64,000 nt of DNA from Pyrodictiaceae archaeon (GTDB lineage: Archaea > Thermoproteota > Thermoprotei_A > Sulfolobales > Pyrodictiaceae), in contig JALTZF010000040.1 of assembly GCA_027046265.1 (NCBI GenBank), forward strand, positions 2,339-66,338, given 5' to 3'. Every line of letters begins with the position of its first letter. The first letter of the stretch is position 1. The notes under the pieces were generated by a model. That model had not been told where the DNA came from, made no database searches, and saw nothing but the letters and a program-made list of their open reading frames with translations. The position numbers and the translations under genes are program-made. Of the stretch, positions 46,842-57,180 are shown one piece after another.

Positions 46842-47549
46842 ATGGCGCGAAATGGATTAGATTCAAAGTTTGTATCCTTTGTTGAGTCTAATAAGCCCGT
46901 ACTCCAGGTAGCACTTGACTATGCAAGGCTAGAGGATGCCACCAGGCTGGTCTCACTCTTGCATGCCAAGCTGGGAGCAGTCTTCATAGCCGAGGTTGGA
47001 ACGCCGCTGATTAAGTCTGAGGGTATGCGTGCAGTATCCGTTATAAAAAGTGTTGTTGGGTCAGCGCCTGTTCTCGCTGACACAAAGACTGCCGATGTTG
47101 GGTGGCTTGAGGCCCGTCTAGCTGCAGAGTATGGTGCCTCTGCTGTCACAGTTCTAGGCTGTACGTATAATGAGACTATAGTGGGTATGCTAGAGGAGGC
47201 AGGCAGGCATGGTGTAACTGTTGTTGCAGACCTTATTGGTGTTAGCGATATAGCCGGAAGAGTTGAAGAATTATGGTCTTTAGGCGTAAAAGCTGTTGAG
47301 CTACATGTTGGAATAGATGTACAACAAAGATTAGGCATGACGGCAGCCAATCTTGCAGAAGTTGTACGGGTTGTGCGTAGAAGGTTTCCAGGCATACTAG
47401 CTGTTGCGGGAGGGCTAAACGCTAAAACTGCCCCTCGTGTCGTAGAGGCTGGTGCTGACATCGTAGTTGTTGGGAGTGCAATAACAAAAAGTAGCGATCC
47501 TATTAGCTCCGCTAAAGAGATACTACAGAGAATAGGAAAGTTGAAGTGA
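46842..47549 (+). CDS. 3-hexulose-6-phosphate synthase-like (OMP decarboxylase superfamily)
   Basis: VLQVALDY, VLADTKTADVG and VVVGSAIT motifs. Confidence 0.65.
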   Translation: MARNGLDSKFVSFVESNKPVLQVALDYARLEDATRLVSLLHAKLGAVFIAEVGTPLIKSEGMRAVSVIKSVVGSAPVLADTKTADVGWLEARLAAEYGASAVTVLGCTYNETIVGMLEEAGRHGVTVVADLIGVSDIAGRVEELWSLGVKAVELHVGIDVQQRLGMTAANLAEVVRVVRRRFPGILAVAGGLNAKTAPRVVEAGADIVVVGSAITKSSDPISSAKEILQRIGKLK

Positions 47550-47567
47550 ACAACGCTACGCTCTTCC

Positions 47568-48860
47568 CTACACTTCATAACCTTCAGGTTCCCGAAATAC
47601 ATGGACGGGAACCCATTCACCTGCTTCATACACTCTTGCTTCTCGTAACACGGCAATCCCGTCAGCCTCGACATTGCTCACTGTGACAGAACTAAGCTGA
47701 CGTTCTGGCGGCAATGGTATTGCTTCTAGTACGCCATTTACTATCCTTAGCTTAACCTTAATCGGCTGAGGTCTCTTGCTTCTAACCGGAGAAGCTAGTT
47801 TCGCCAACGCTGTTAGCGGCGGTTCAGTGGAGCGCTTAACGTTCCCTAAATGTTTTAGTACATGGTATACGAGCCTTACAAATCCATGAAAAGCCGATAT
47901 AGGATGGCCTGAAAGAGCTACTACAAGCGGGCCGTTATTTAGTATCATAGCACTAGTAGGCCTGCCTCCTTTCACGAATAGACCCCTAAACAGCACTTTT
48001 GCCTCAAGCACTTCTGCTAACTGATAGAAGGGATCTACATCGCTAGGACCAGTTCCCCCTGTAAGGATTATCACGTCGACGCTTGTACCTTGTCTTGTTA
48101 AATACCAAGAAATAGTGTCTACGTCATCTGGCAACATTACGCGCCAAACAACTGAAGCCCATGGAGTATAACGAGATATCGCGTATTCAACGAGTTTTGC
48201 CGTTGTCTCAGCTACTTCGCCGCGTAGTATGCGTTTTTCAGCCTCTTCAGGGTTGCTAGGCTCAAAAAGCTCTGTGCCAGTAGCTATCACACCCACCTTA
48301 ACCTTCCTATACACTTCAACTTTGGTTACAGCAACATCTAGAAGAGCCACTACATCAAACATGCTCAAAACATGGCCTTTAGGCAATAAAAGCTGCCCCT
48401 TACGAACATAGGACCCTATAGGGTCAATGTTCTTCCCAGCCTTAAACTCGCGATCGATAATAATGTACTCACCCTCCCTCCGCACAGCCTCCTCAGGAAC
48501 GACGGTATCAGCGCCATCAGGCAAATACGCCCCCGTGGATACATAAACTGCTGTACCGGGCTCTACACGTAGTCCATGTTCTATACGGCCTATGGTAGCC
48601 TCTCCCAGAACTTTAAGCCTGCCAGGCGTATCAGAGGACCTAACAGCATATCCGTCATAGGCTGAGCGAGGCTTGGGGGGAAAGTCGTGTTCTGCAACAA
48701 CATCCTTAGCTAGAACGTGGCCGACAGCATTCCAGACAGGCATGGACTCTATCTCTGATACAGGCTTTACAGTCTCCCTAATAATGCGGATAGCTTCACT
48801 AACAGGAGTGAGTTTCTCAAGATATCGTGGCACACGTCCAGGCATGAGCATACACCTCAA
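47568..48860 (-). CDS. moeA: molybdopterin molybdenumtransferase
   Basis: MoeA N-domain (SAYDGYAV) and MoCF-binding domain (IILTGGTGPSDVD). Confidence 0.85.
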   Translation of the reverse strand: MRCMLMPGRVPRYLEKLTPVSEAIRIIRETVKPVSEIESMPVWNAVGHVLAKDVVAEHDFPPKPRSAYDGYAVRSSDTPGRLKVLGEATIGRIEHGLRVEPGTAVYVSTGAYLPDGADTVVPEEAVRREGEYIIIDREFKAGKNIDPIGSYVRKGQLLLPKGHVLSMFDVVALLDVAVTKVEVYRKVKVGVIATGTELFEPSNPEEAEKRILRGEVAETTAKLVEYAISRYTPWASVVWRVMLPDDVDTISWYLTRQGTSVDVIILTGGTGPSDVDPFYQLAEVLEAKVLFRGLFVKGGRPTSAMILNNGPLVVALSGHPISAFHGFVRLVYHVLKHLGNVKRSTEPPLTALAKLASPVRSKRPQPIKVKLRIVNGVLEAIPLPPERQLSSVTVSNVEADGIAVLREARVYEAGEWVPVHVFREPEGYEV

Positions 48861-49158
48861 GCACTACCATATATAAACCAAGAGTAATATAGGTAGAGTG
48901 TCTGAGTAAGCATTACAGTTTATCGCAGAGAACACTATGTGACAGTAGGTCCCTGGTGTTACTGAGCCCTATCCTACTTCCTGTGCTGTCAATACAATAT
49001 TTTCGGTGGGGGGTCTCAGTGCGTAAAAAGTACTTATTCCCATCAGCAGCACCACGAATAGAGCCCTCCCTAACGGGCTTTATACCGTATTATACAACAC
49101 AGGTTAGCATAGAGGTAAGTATTTTAACTCATTTAAGGGATAGGCTCGACTAGAATCC

Positions 49159-50373
49159 CTACCTTAACCGCCCAATAACCATGCTAGCTTCAGGATGTAA
49201 CGTCACTTGCAAATGTTCTTCGACAAATTTCTCTCTGAGCTTTACCCAACCTAACATCACGTCTTGGGGCTTAATATCACCCACATCTTCGGGGACACGT
49301 AGAATAACCTTTTCTTCAGTAATGTTGATACGTTCTACAAGCCCCAAAATGTACTCTCCTCTCTTTATCATTAAGCCTGCTATTATCCCCCGCTCCCATC
49401 CGGGTCTCAACTTGTATCCTGTTATGCTCACGGGTATCCTGCCTCTTGAAACTATGAGGCGGCGGCGTGGACAGTCAAATACTATAACTCCTTCGGAAAT
49501 AATGCCATAGTCACACAAGCCGCTCACGACATCTAAACTTACTGTTATAGTTCGTGTTTTAGTAAAAAGTCGAGCCCACTGTTGTGAACGATAAATGCGG
49601 CGGTCTAGCCTATCACGCTCTCTTGGATGAGGAACAGCAGGCACAGTAAGTACGTCATAGCCCTTCCTACGTATAGCTTTAGATAACCCAGCATAATCTG
49701 GTCCAAGGTGGATGACCACATCAGGCTCAAGAGCTTTAATTAGTGCTACTTTATAGCTGAAGCCGCGGCCTTGAATGAAGCCATCAGTGTCAACAACATA
49801 GTTGGAGCCAAGTGCTTTACCAGCTATGACTATAGATGATATAACAAGATCGACTACTTTCTCGGCAGAGACATGGCCAACAAAGACGCATTTGGGGCTT
49901 GGGAAATCTTGCAGAGAGAAAGCCTTTCTGTCAGGATGAACAGCGTAGGAAACGCATGTTGGCAGACCAAACTCGTTTTGACCAACATCACCTTCTATGA
50001 CGCCTAACTTTAATCGATTAGCTATCCATAGAGATAATGTTGACTTTCCAGTCTCCGGAGCCCCTATAACTACAATACTTTTAGCGTTCATAGCCTCAAG
50101 GCGTTCTATCGCATTAATCCAGTCTAAGGCAACATCATAACCTTCATGGACTATTCTAACTGAAGCTCCGGAGCCTAAATGGACACATATTGAGACTCCA
50201 TCCTCTATAGCATAGAACGTTAGGCCGCGGGTACCACGCACAATTACTTCATCTCCAGCAGAAACATTGATGCCCGACACTAACGCCACACCGCTCTTAA
50301 CTTCAGCCCTAGAAGGACCACTAACCCAAAGACCTCTCCCGCGAGTAAGTGTGTAACAATTCAACCTCGACAC
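49159..50373 (-). CDS. Clp1/Grc3-like polynucleotide 5'-kinase
   Basis: N-terminal beta-domain, P-loop VVIGAPETGKST, and IEGDVGQNEFGLP (the Clp1 DxxQ-type motif). Confidence 0.6.
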   Translation of the reverse strand: MSRLNCYTLTRGRGLWVSGPSRAEVKSGVALVSGINVSAGDEVIVRGTRGLTFYAIEDGVSICVHLGSGASVRIVHEGYDVALDWINAIERLEAMNAKSIVVIGAPETGKSTLSLWIANRLKLGVIEGDVGQNEFGLPTCVSYAVHPDRKAFSLQDFPSPKCVFVGHVSAEKVVDLVISSIVIAGKALGSNYVVDTDGFIQGRGFSYKVALIKALEPDVVIHLGPDYAGLSKAIRRKGYDVLTVPAVPHPRERDRLDRRIYRSQQWARLFTKTRTITVSLDVVSGLCDYGIISEGVIVFDCPRRRLIVSRGRIPVSITGYKLRPGWERGIIAGLMIKRGEYILGLVERINITEEKVILRVPEDVGDIKPQDVMLGWVKLREKFVEEHLQVTLHPEASMVIGRLR

Positions 50374-50491
50374 CTTTGAGCCAGGCTACTTCCAGGAAAA
50401 CCTCTATAATCTGCGGATATCGCTAATAAACAAGACTGGGACACTATCTGCCCACCGAAAACTAAATAGTTTAAGCAACTGAGGTGCTATA

Positions 50492-50713
50492 GTGATGACA
50501 CTTATACAGGCTGCACAACGTAGAGAGCACGTTGTAGGCAAGTATCGGGTAGTAGTATTGTTTGACGATAGAGGGAGCCCCATAGGCGCCTTTGTAGAAG
50601 GGCCTAGGTTAAGAAAGCCTATATACATAGCTGCTACTGAGCGTGTTGTCCCACGTATACCGAAGAATGTAAAGAAGATATTGAAAAAGTATGGTTTCTT
50701 GATAGACAGCTAG
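50492..50713 (+). CDS. hypothetical small basic protein (73 aa)
   Basis: ORF only. Confidence 0.3.
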   Translation: MMTLIQAAQRREHVVGKYRVVVLFDDRGSPIGAFVEGPRLRKPIYIAATERVVPRIPKNVKKILKKYGFLIDS

Positions 50714-50978
50714 CCTGAAGCCCTTGTATACAGCGCATCAGAGACTTATATTCAAGGAAGAAGGCTCAGTTGTCGGGGCTTTAGTCATCCGTGAATGTCC
50801 TATAACGAAAAGACCTCCTCATCGCCTCCTGGAAAAGTAGTATATCCCTATTATATACATGTATCTGAAGTCTTGCCATTATCTTTTGGCTTGCTTAAAC
50901 ATGCTTTTCGTAAGCTTAGTCTATGAAAATCATCAAGTTTTATACGAGAAAACCGACTATAACTCATCAAGGCTCCAG

Positions 50979-51058
50979 GGCCACGGGACGCCCCCGCCCC
51001 GCCGCGATTGTATGGCCTTGCGGCCTTGTATGAGCGGCGGTTTCCCCCGTGGCCTACA
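50979..51058 (+). ncRNA. single-hairpin H/ACA box guide sRNA
   Basis: 9-bp lower stem GGCCACGGG/CCCGUGGCC (50979-87 with 51046-54). Pocket strands are ACGCCCCCGCC (5' side) and UUUCC (3' side). 7-bp upper stem CCGCCGC/GCGGCGG. Tandem sheared G.A pairs (GA at 51006-07, GA at 51032-33) form a K-turn-like L7Ae site, capped by GGCC-UUGC-GGCC. ACA lies at 51056-58, 15 nt below the upper stem. Confidence 0.65.
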
Positions 51059-51084
51059 AGGGCTTCAAGCACTTACGTCGTGTT

Positions 51085-51780
51085 TTAATACTTTATGTTA
51101 AGTAAGCGCTCTGCTTCTGATATGAGTGTGCATGCGAGCGTCCATGCCTTCAATGGTTTACCTCCAAGCAAACTGTATTTATAGGCTGCTTTACGTAGCG
51201 TACTTTTCTTGAAGTCACCTCTAGGAAACATGCCAATGCCTAGTGGTAATCTCGTAACAAGAGCTTTTCGCACCACATCCACTGCTCTGGCTGGCTCTCC
51301 TTTTTCCCATAAAAGTATCAGTTTGCCATGTTTTTTAACAAACTCTTTAAGACTCCTAGCTTCAAGTCCTATAAGAGGTGTTTCGGAGTCTGGGGGTACT
51401 TTGCCATATTTAAGGAGCTGAGCCATTAGTCCACGAAACCTCTCATAGTGTTTTGGTATTCTTGTTTCTGGACGGATCATGAATACACGGCCGTCATATA
51501 CGTGTATGTATACACGCAGAAAGCCTTTCTGGTTTAGTATAGAGTCTTGAAGTATTAGTAGTGTCGTATGTACTATATCTGGTCGCCCTCTTTTCCATTT
51601 CTGAGGTAGAGCCTCCATCGCCTTATAATGCAACGTCTTATCCAGTAGCATTTCATCAGGTGCTATGTTATACCTCTTGGCTGCTCTTAAGACTACAGGA
51701 TGAGTATGCAACTCTTTGGGTACTATTTCGAGGCCAGACTCTAGCAACACTATCTTGATTACTGCTTCTGCTATAGTCAA
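51085..51780 (-). CDS. nep1: ribosome biogenesis protein Nep1 (SPOUT pseudouridine-N1 methyltransferase)
   Basis: RPDIVHTTLLILQDSILNQKGFLRVYIHV and RFRGLMAQLL are typical of EMG1/Nep1. Confidence 0.8.
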   Translation of the reverse strand: MTIAEAVIKIVLLESGLEIVPKELHTHPVVLRAAKRYNIAPDEMLLDKTLHYKAMEALPQKWKRGRPDIVHTTLLILQDSILNQKGFLRVYIHVYDGRVFMIRPETRIPKHYERFRGLMAQLLKYGKVPPDSETPLIGLEARSLKEFVKKHGKLILLWEKGEPARAVDVVRKALVTRLPLGIGMFPRGDFKKSTLRKAAYKYSLLGGKPLKAWTLACTLISEAERLLNIKY

Positions 51781-51937
51781 TGAGCTTATACCACCGATAG
51801 GTTTTGTTCCAATCTGCAGGGAGTTACCCTTTTAGTATCTTTAGCTACTACATAGTATAGGATTCTACACTACAGTGCTTATGAACCTCATAATGGTTTG
51901 GTTTACAAGCTGAGAGGAGTTTAGAGCTTGGGGAATA

Positions 51938-52966
51938 GTGATGGCTTCATCTATACGTAAATTACAAATAACGGGCAGAGGATCATACATATTAACGTTG
52001 CCAAAGGAGTGGATTGAGAAAAATAAGCTTACTAAAGGTAGTGAAGTCCTTGTCGTCCACGAGCCTGATGGTTCTCTAAGAATATTGCCTACGCGCACTA
52101 TGTCTGACAGGGATAGAGGTTATATTGCAAAGATAGAATTTAAAGGAGGGAGAATAGACTCTTTATTACGGCTTATAATATCATACTACATAGCAGGTGC
52201 TGATATCATAGAAATAACTGTTAAAGGAATGAAGCGTGAAGATATAAAAAAGCTTCTAGGCATGGTAGAGCATAGAACCATGGGCCTTGAAGTTGTCGAA
52301 GAATCTTCTGAAAAGATAGTGTTACAAGTAATTATTGATCCCTCATCGATGCCTATAAATGAAAGTTTTAACAAGCTGGCTAGAACAGTAGAGCACATGC
52401 TCGAAGACCTTGAGAATGGTATTAGAGGAAGAGAAGCACATTTATTGCTTGAAGTAGCAGGTAGAGACGATGTTGCAGATAAGCTATTCTTGCATATTTG
52501 GAGACAAGTAATGCTTGCACTAAGCAACAGATACCTAGCAAGTGAACTTGGCGTTAAAAACTATGCTCTTATGGGGCTTTTAATGGTAGCAGCTAAGAAC
52601 ATTGAGAGAATAGGTGACCATGTTGCTAGAATAGCTGAGATAGTCTCCGAGACTCTTGATGTTGATGAGGACACACAGAGACTTGCTGATCTCATTAATC
52701 CAATAAGATTATTGTTTAGTGAAACTGTAAAAGTCTTCAAGAAGCCTACTGGAAATGATGCAGAGGCCCTCATAGAGAAAGCCCTCGTAATAAAGCAAAG
52801 TGCTATTGGTGAATTTAAGGAAAAGACAAGAGGGATAAAGAGCGCAAAATTACTAGGTCATCTATGGCTGGTAACAGAGAGTCTAAACAGAATAGTTGAT
52901 TACTGTGTTGATATATTAGAACTATCTTTGAATGAACTTAGCATATTGACGTTAACAGTGAGGTAA
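51938..52966 (+). CDS. AbrB/SpoVT-domain plus PhoU-domain regulator
   Basis: N-terminal ITGRGSYILTLPKEWIEKNKL (swapped-hairpin barrel) followed by two PhoU-like helical repeats. Confidence 0.7.
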   Translation: MMASSIRKLQITGRGSYILTLPKEWIEKNKLTKGSEVLVVHEPDGSLRILPTRTMSDRDRGYIAKIEFKGGRIDSLLRLIISYYIAGADIIEITVKGMKREDIKKLLGMVEHRTMGLEVVEESSEKIVLQVIIDPSSMPINESFNKLARTVEHMLEDLENGIRGREAHLLLEVAGRDDVADKLFLHIWRQVMLALSNRYLASELGVKNYALMGLLMVAAKNIERIGDHVARIAEIVSETLDVDEDTQRLADLINPIRLLFSETVKVFKKPTGNDAEALIEKALVIKQSAIGEFKEKTRGIKSAKLLGHLWLVTESLNRIVDYCVDILELSLNELSILTLTVR

Positions 52967-53093
52967 AACTATTGTCTCTTCTATACATATTCGGCCAGAG
53001 AGGGTAAAGCCTTAATTACCAAAACTACTTGTCTCGCTAGACTGGCAGAGAGATAGCATGCATGTTTTTGCGGGCTTGGAGGTGTAGGAAGGA

Positions 53094-53378
53094 GTGTCTC
53101 AACGTCAACAGCGTGCAAAGATGGTTAATCCGTTAAAGGTGCTTAGGGAGGCTACTGGAAGAATAATATTTGTAAAATTGAAAGATGGAAGCGAATATGT
53201 TGGAAAACTTGAGGTGACTGACTCTACAATGAACTTGGTACTTGACAATTGCATTGAATTAAAGCCAGGAACACACGAGCCTAGAGTTAAGTATGGAAGG
53301 GCACTGATTAGGGGAAGCCATGTAGTATACGTGAGCGTTGACTATGAGATTGTTGCAGGAGAGCAGCTACCACTTTAA
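53094..53378 (+). CDS. archaeal Sm-like (LSm) protein
   Basis: Sm1/Sm2 motifs: [29 protein letters not shown] and IRGSHVVYV. Confidence 0.8.
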   Translation: MSQRQQRAKMVNPLKVLREATGRIIFVKLKDGSEYVGKLEVTDSTMNLVLDNCIELKPGTHEPRVKYGRALIRGSHVVYVSVDYEIVAGEQLPL

Positions 53379-53730
53379 CCACAATGTGGATGATATTGAA
53401 CAATGGCAATATACAAGGTCTATCCAAATAGTATGCTACACTTTTAAGCCTCTTGATGCTATCCAGCGATACGAAGCTTTTCATTGGCCCTCATTTTCAA
53501 GGATAAACAAAGATAAACATTACAACCTTAATCCAAGATTTAAGATTACTGGTTCTAACTTGCTTGAACAACAATTAGAAGAGTATCACTGTATTATATA
53601 GATAATTATGATATTATTTATAATAATTATAAAGTATACCATTTGGCATAATAGTCGCTAGTCATTGCACGGGAGTAAAGACATTAAATACACTGGAATA
53701 GTCCCGGTTATTAAGTGAGGTGAGCATGAA

Positions 53731-54960
53731 GTGGCCCGTAACATTGTTGTTGAAAGTGTGCGATGGCAGCCTATAGAGGATCAGGCTGTTGAGCTAGTAG
53801 AGAGAAAAGGCTTAGGGCATCCCGACACGATTAGTGATGCAGTAGCAGAGCAGGCTAGTAGGGAACTCTCAAGATATTACATAGAAAATTATGGAACAAT
53901 ATTACATCATAATCTTGACAAAGTCCTGCTTGTTGGAGGGCAAGCTGCTCCAAGGTATGGTGGCGGGAAAGTACTCCAACCTATATACATAATAGTCTCT
54001 GGCCGTGCAACAACTGAGGTTAAGCTTGAGGATGGCGGCGTAGAGAAAGTGCCTATCGGCCCTATAATTCTCAAAGCTGTAAAAACTTGGATAAGGAACA
54101 ACTTTCGTTTCCTTAACCCAGAAGAGCATGTAGTTGTTGACTATAAGATAGGGCATGGAAGCGTTGATCTTGTTGGAATATTTGAGCTAGGCAAAGAGAG
54201 AGTACCACTGGCTAATGATACAAGTGTTGGTGTGGGATTCGCGCCATTCTCTACACTTGAAAAACTAGTATATGAGACTGAGAGATTATTGAATAGCAAG
54301 GAGTTTAAACAGAAGAATCCCGAAGTAGGTGAGGACATTAAGGTTATGGGGTTGCGCAGAGAGAAGAGGATAGACCTCACAATAGCAGCAGCTACCATAT
54401 CTAGTCTAGTACAGGATGTAAACCACTATCTTACCGTGAAAGAGACAATAAAGGAAGCCGTGTTAGACCTTGCTAGCAAGATAGCGCCAGACTACGACGT
54501 CTACGTCCATGTCAACACTGCCGACGTACCTGAAAAGGGTATTGTGTACTTGACAGTGACTGGAACAAGCGCAGAACACGGAGATGATGGCGCTACTGGC
54601 CGTGGTAATAGGAGCTATGGACTCATAACACCACTCAGACCTATGAGTCTTGAAGCTGCAGCAGGCAAGAACCCTGTTAACCATGTTGGAAAGATTTACA
54701 ATGTAATGGCTATGAATATCGCCAAAAGAATATATAGAGAAATTAGTGGATTAAAGGAGGTGTATGTAGAACTCTTAAGTCAAATAGGAAGACCAATAAA
54801 TGAACCACTGACTGCAAACGTTAAAGTTCTTATGGAGAATCCTAATGAGCCTTTAAGGTCCAATATTGTAAGTGATATAGAATCAATAGTAGAGGAGGAA
54901 CTTAACAACTACAAGAATATAACTGAACTTATACTAAAGGGCAAAATAACTGTATACTAG
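53731..54960 (+). CDS. metK: archaeal-type S-adenosylmethionine synthetase
   Basis: [12 protein letters not shown], the [17 protein letters not shown] loop, and length about 400 aa. GTG start. Confidence 0.9.
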   Translation: MARNIVVESVRWQPIEDQAVELVERKGLGHPDTISDAVAEQASRELSRYYIENYGTILHHNLDKVLLVGGQAAPRYGGGKVLQPIYIIVSGRATTEVKLEDGGVEKVPIGPIILKAVKTWIRNNFRFLNPEEHVVVDYKIGHGSVDLVGIFELGKERVPLANDTSVGVGFAPFSTLEKLVYETERLLNSKEFKQKNPEVGEDIKVMGLRREKRIDLTIAAATISSLVQDVNHYLTVKETIKEAVLDLASKIAPDYDVYVHVNTADVPEKGIVYLTVTGTSAEHGDDGATGRGNRSYGLITPLRPMSLEAAAGKNPVNHVGKIYNVMAMNIAKRIYREISGLKEVYVELLSQIGRPINEPLTANVKVLMENPNEPLRSNIVSDIESIVEEELNNYKNITELILKGKITVY

Positions 54961-54998
54961 GAATGATAGCGTGAAGTTAGGCTTATATTATGCCTCTG

Positions 54999-57023
54999 TT
55001 ATTTTTTAAGTAGTAGACGGGCTCTTTTCATTCTATATTCTTCTATGAGCTTCCTAAACTCATTAATGCTGAGCCCCTTTTGTGAAATAGTGTCTTGACT
55101 ACGTTTCTTGTACTCCTCTAATATCGAATACGCATCAATAACTACTCTTCCATCAAGAAATGCCAGATTACCTATCTTTTCAACAACATATTTCTCCATG
55201 ACTAGTAGTGGTATGCGTAAGCTTTCAGCTGTACGGTAAAGCTTTTCATAGTGACGTGATGGTGTAAGAATTGCTAGGACACTTCTAGCTAGCTTATCTG
55301 CATACCTTTCTAAGCCTAGAGGGTTAGGTGACTCAATAATCACTATTTGCCTACCATAATGTCTCGACTTTTCTTCAATAATTCCCAAAGTTTTTGAAGA
55401 GAGATCATGTATCACTATTGCTGGAACAATATGTCCCTTGGCAATCTCAAACACGAAACTGGTCAATTTTTCAACATTTTCTTCAGCACTACGTAAACGG
55501 TTTCTAAGCCTTTCAAGCTCGTCTTGAAGTGATAGTGTTCGCTCACGAAGCATTGCTATTTCTCTATCTCTTTCTACTTCCTCCTTTAGTGACGTAGTCA
55601 TAATTTTTAAATCTATTTCAAGCGCTCTCACTGTATCCTCTAATTCAGCAAGTTTCTTCTTGAGCACTCTGTTCTCAGCTCTTAGCAGTTCAATTTCTGT
55701 TAGTAGCTGAGTATTCTGCTGAGAGACGCTATCAGTATCATTCCTAGATTTTCCATCGTCGATGTCCGGCAAAGTATAATTTTCGGCTAGTAACTCATTG
55801 ATGGCATTCTCTACGGCTTCTGCAATTGTTGCACCACGTATAACATCAGCCTTAACTTTTTCTATGTCTATGTCTAAACCTATTCTGCTAACATATGATT
55901 CGATCTGCCTCATCTTACCCTCATACATGTGAAGAGCCTTTACTGCTGCCGCCAATGCGTCTCTTACATGGGAATCGACTACCCTATGTAGGTCAGGGTA
56001 TTTTGACATGTACTCGTCGAGAATTATACGTTTTTCCTCTACACTTAATGAGGTAGGTGGCTCATAGATTGGCACCCTAAGAGAGGAAGCAAGTTTTCTT
56101 ACGAAATCAGGTGCTGGCGTAACATCTGTTGCTATAAGTATAGGTATGCCATATTGTCTTATTATTGCTATGACCTCACCTCTATCAAGACCTCGCCTTG
56201 AAACCGCAAATACTGGCTTACCATTTAAGTCAACAGCAGCTATACCTGTTGATACCCCTGGGTCTACGCCAACTATTATGAATGGCTTACTTCGCGTGCT
56301 TCCATAGTACTCTATTGTGTCAACGAACTCTATCTCACTTCTATAGACAGATTCGATCTCTATCCTTATATCTGTGTCTTCATGTGGCCTCACAACTTTA
56401 CTAACATGATTACGAGGAGCATATACTATGAATACAGCACTATCAAGGCCTCCTCCACTCTTACGAAACATTAAATCGTAGTCTAGTCCACTCCTATCGA
56501 GTGCTTTCTTGATGTCTTTTGCCGCACGCAATATAGCTGTACGGACTCTTCTCTGGTAACGTCGTGCGCTCATACCGCCATGCTTAAGCTTTCTTGACCT
56601 TGCAACTATTATTTTCGTTTTCTCCTCTACGTAACGTATGGGAGTGCCATACCCCATTTCTGCAAGCAAAGCAACAAGGTAAGCAGTACGAGAAGGGGAT
56701 AGCTTCCCACTGCCAGGATTTAACCCAGCTAAGTGTGCTAGTTTACGTAATTCTACAAAGCGGCCATCAGGAAGACGTGTTGCTTGTACGATAATGGTAT
56801 CAGAAGGCATTAGAGAAAGTATGTGGGCTAGCTCGCGCTTGTTACGGGCAAGCTCAAGTATGTTATCGACTGCAAGGATGCGTGGCCTATACTCCCAGAC
56901 AAGCCGTATGAGACGATAAAGGGGAACCCTTTCATACTTATTGACAAGCTTACCATTTTCTAGCAAGGCTACACTAAAGCATAATGGGCCATATTTACAG
57001 CCAGGCTCAACATCTATACCCAT
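54999..57023 (-). CDS. conserved archaeal protein with RNase H-fold modules (DUF460/COG2433-like) and a central coiled coil
   Basis: N-terminal MGIDVEPG...ILAVDN and a second VGVDPGVSTGIAAVD module, separated from the C-terminal part by a long heptad-rich segment. Confidence 0.55.
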   Translation of the reverse strand: MGIDVEPGCKYGPLCFSVALLENGKLVNKYERVPLYRLIRLVWEYRPRILAVDNILELARNKRELAHILSLMPSDTIIVQATRLPDGRFVELRKLAHLAGLNPGSGKLSPSRTAYLVALLAEMGYGTPIRYVEEKTKIIVARSRKLKHGGMSARRYQRRVRTAILRAAKDIKKALDRSGLDYDLMFRKSGGGLDSAVFIVYAPRNHVSKVVRPHEDTDIRIEIESVYRSEIEFVDTIEYYGSTRSKPFIIVGVDPGVSTGIAAVDLNGKPVFAVSRRGLDRGEVIAIIRQYGIPILIATDVTPAPDFVRKLASSLRVPIYEPPTSLSVEEKRIILDEYMSKYPDLHRVVDSHVRDALAAAVKALHMYEGKMRQIESYVSRIGLDIDIEKVKADVIRGATIAEAVENAINELLAENYTLPDIDDGKSRNDTDSVSQQNTQLLTEIELLRAENRVLKKKLAELEDTVRALEIDLKIMTTSLKEEVERDREIAMLRERTLSLQDELERLRNRLRSAEENVEKLTSFVFEIAKGHIVPAIVIHDLSSKTLGIIEEKSRHYGRQIVIIESPNPLGLERYADKLARSVLAILTPSRHYEKLYRTAESLRIPLLVMEKYVVEKIGNLAFLDGRVVIDAYSILEEYKKRSQDTISQKGLSINEFRKLIEEYRMKRARLLLKK

Positions 57024-57180
57024 TACCTTCAGACTGTGTCACCCCAACCAAGAAATGCTTAATGGGCTGTGACACTTTTTCACATGCTCTATATCATGCT
57101 TTTTAGAGAGCACACTGTACCGTGTTACTGGTCAGCAGATTAAGGCCTATAAGTCCAACTCTAATAATTAATACTACCTT

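Noticed and set aside
50851-51101. Two overlapping ORFs (50851-51072 on the - strand, 50859-51101 on the + strand) rich in Gly, Arg and Pro.
   Set aside because: They cover the GC-rich H/ACA hairpin. The RNA interpretation explains the sequence better.
53595-53640. Extremely A/T-rich 45-bp tract (tatatagataattatgatattatttataataattataaagtat) upstream of the SAM synthetase gene.
   Set aside because: It is most simply a strong promoter or UP-like region for metK. I see no repeat structure or flanking skew change to suggest anything more.
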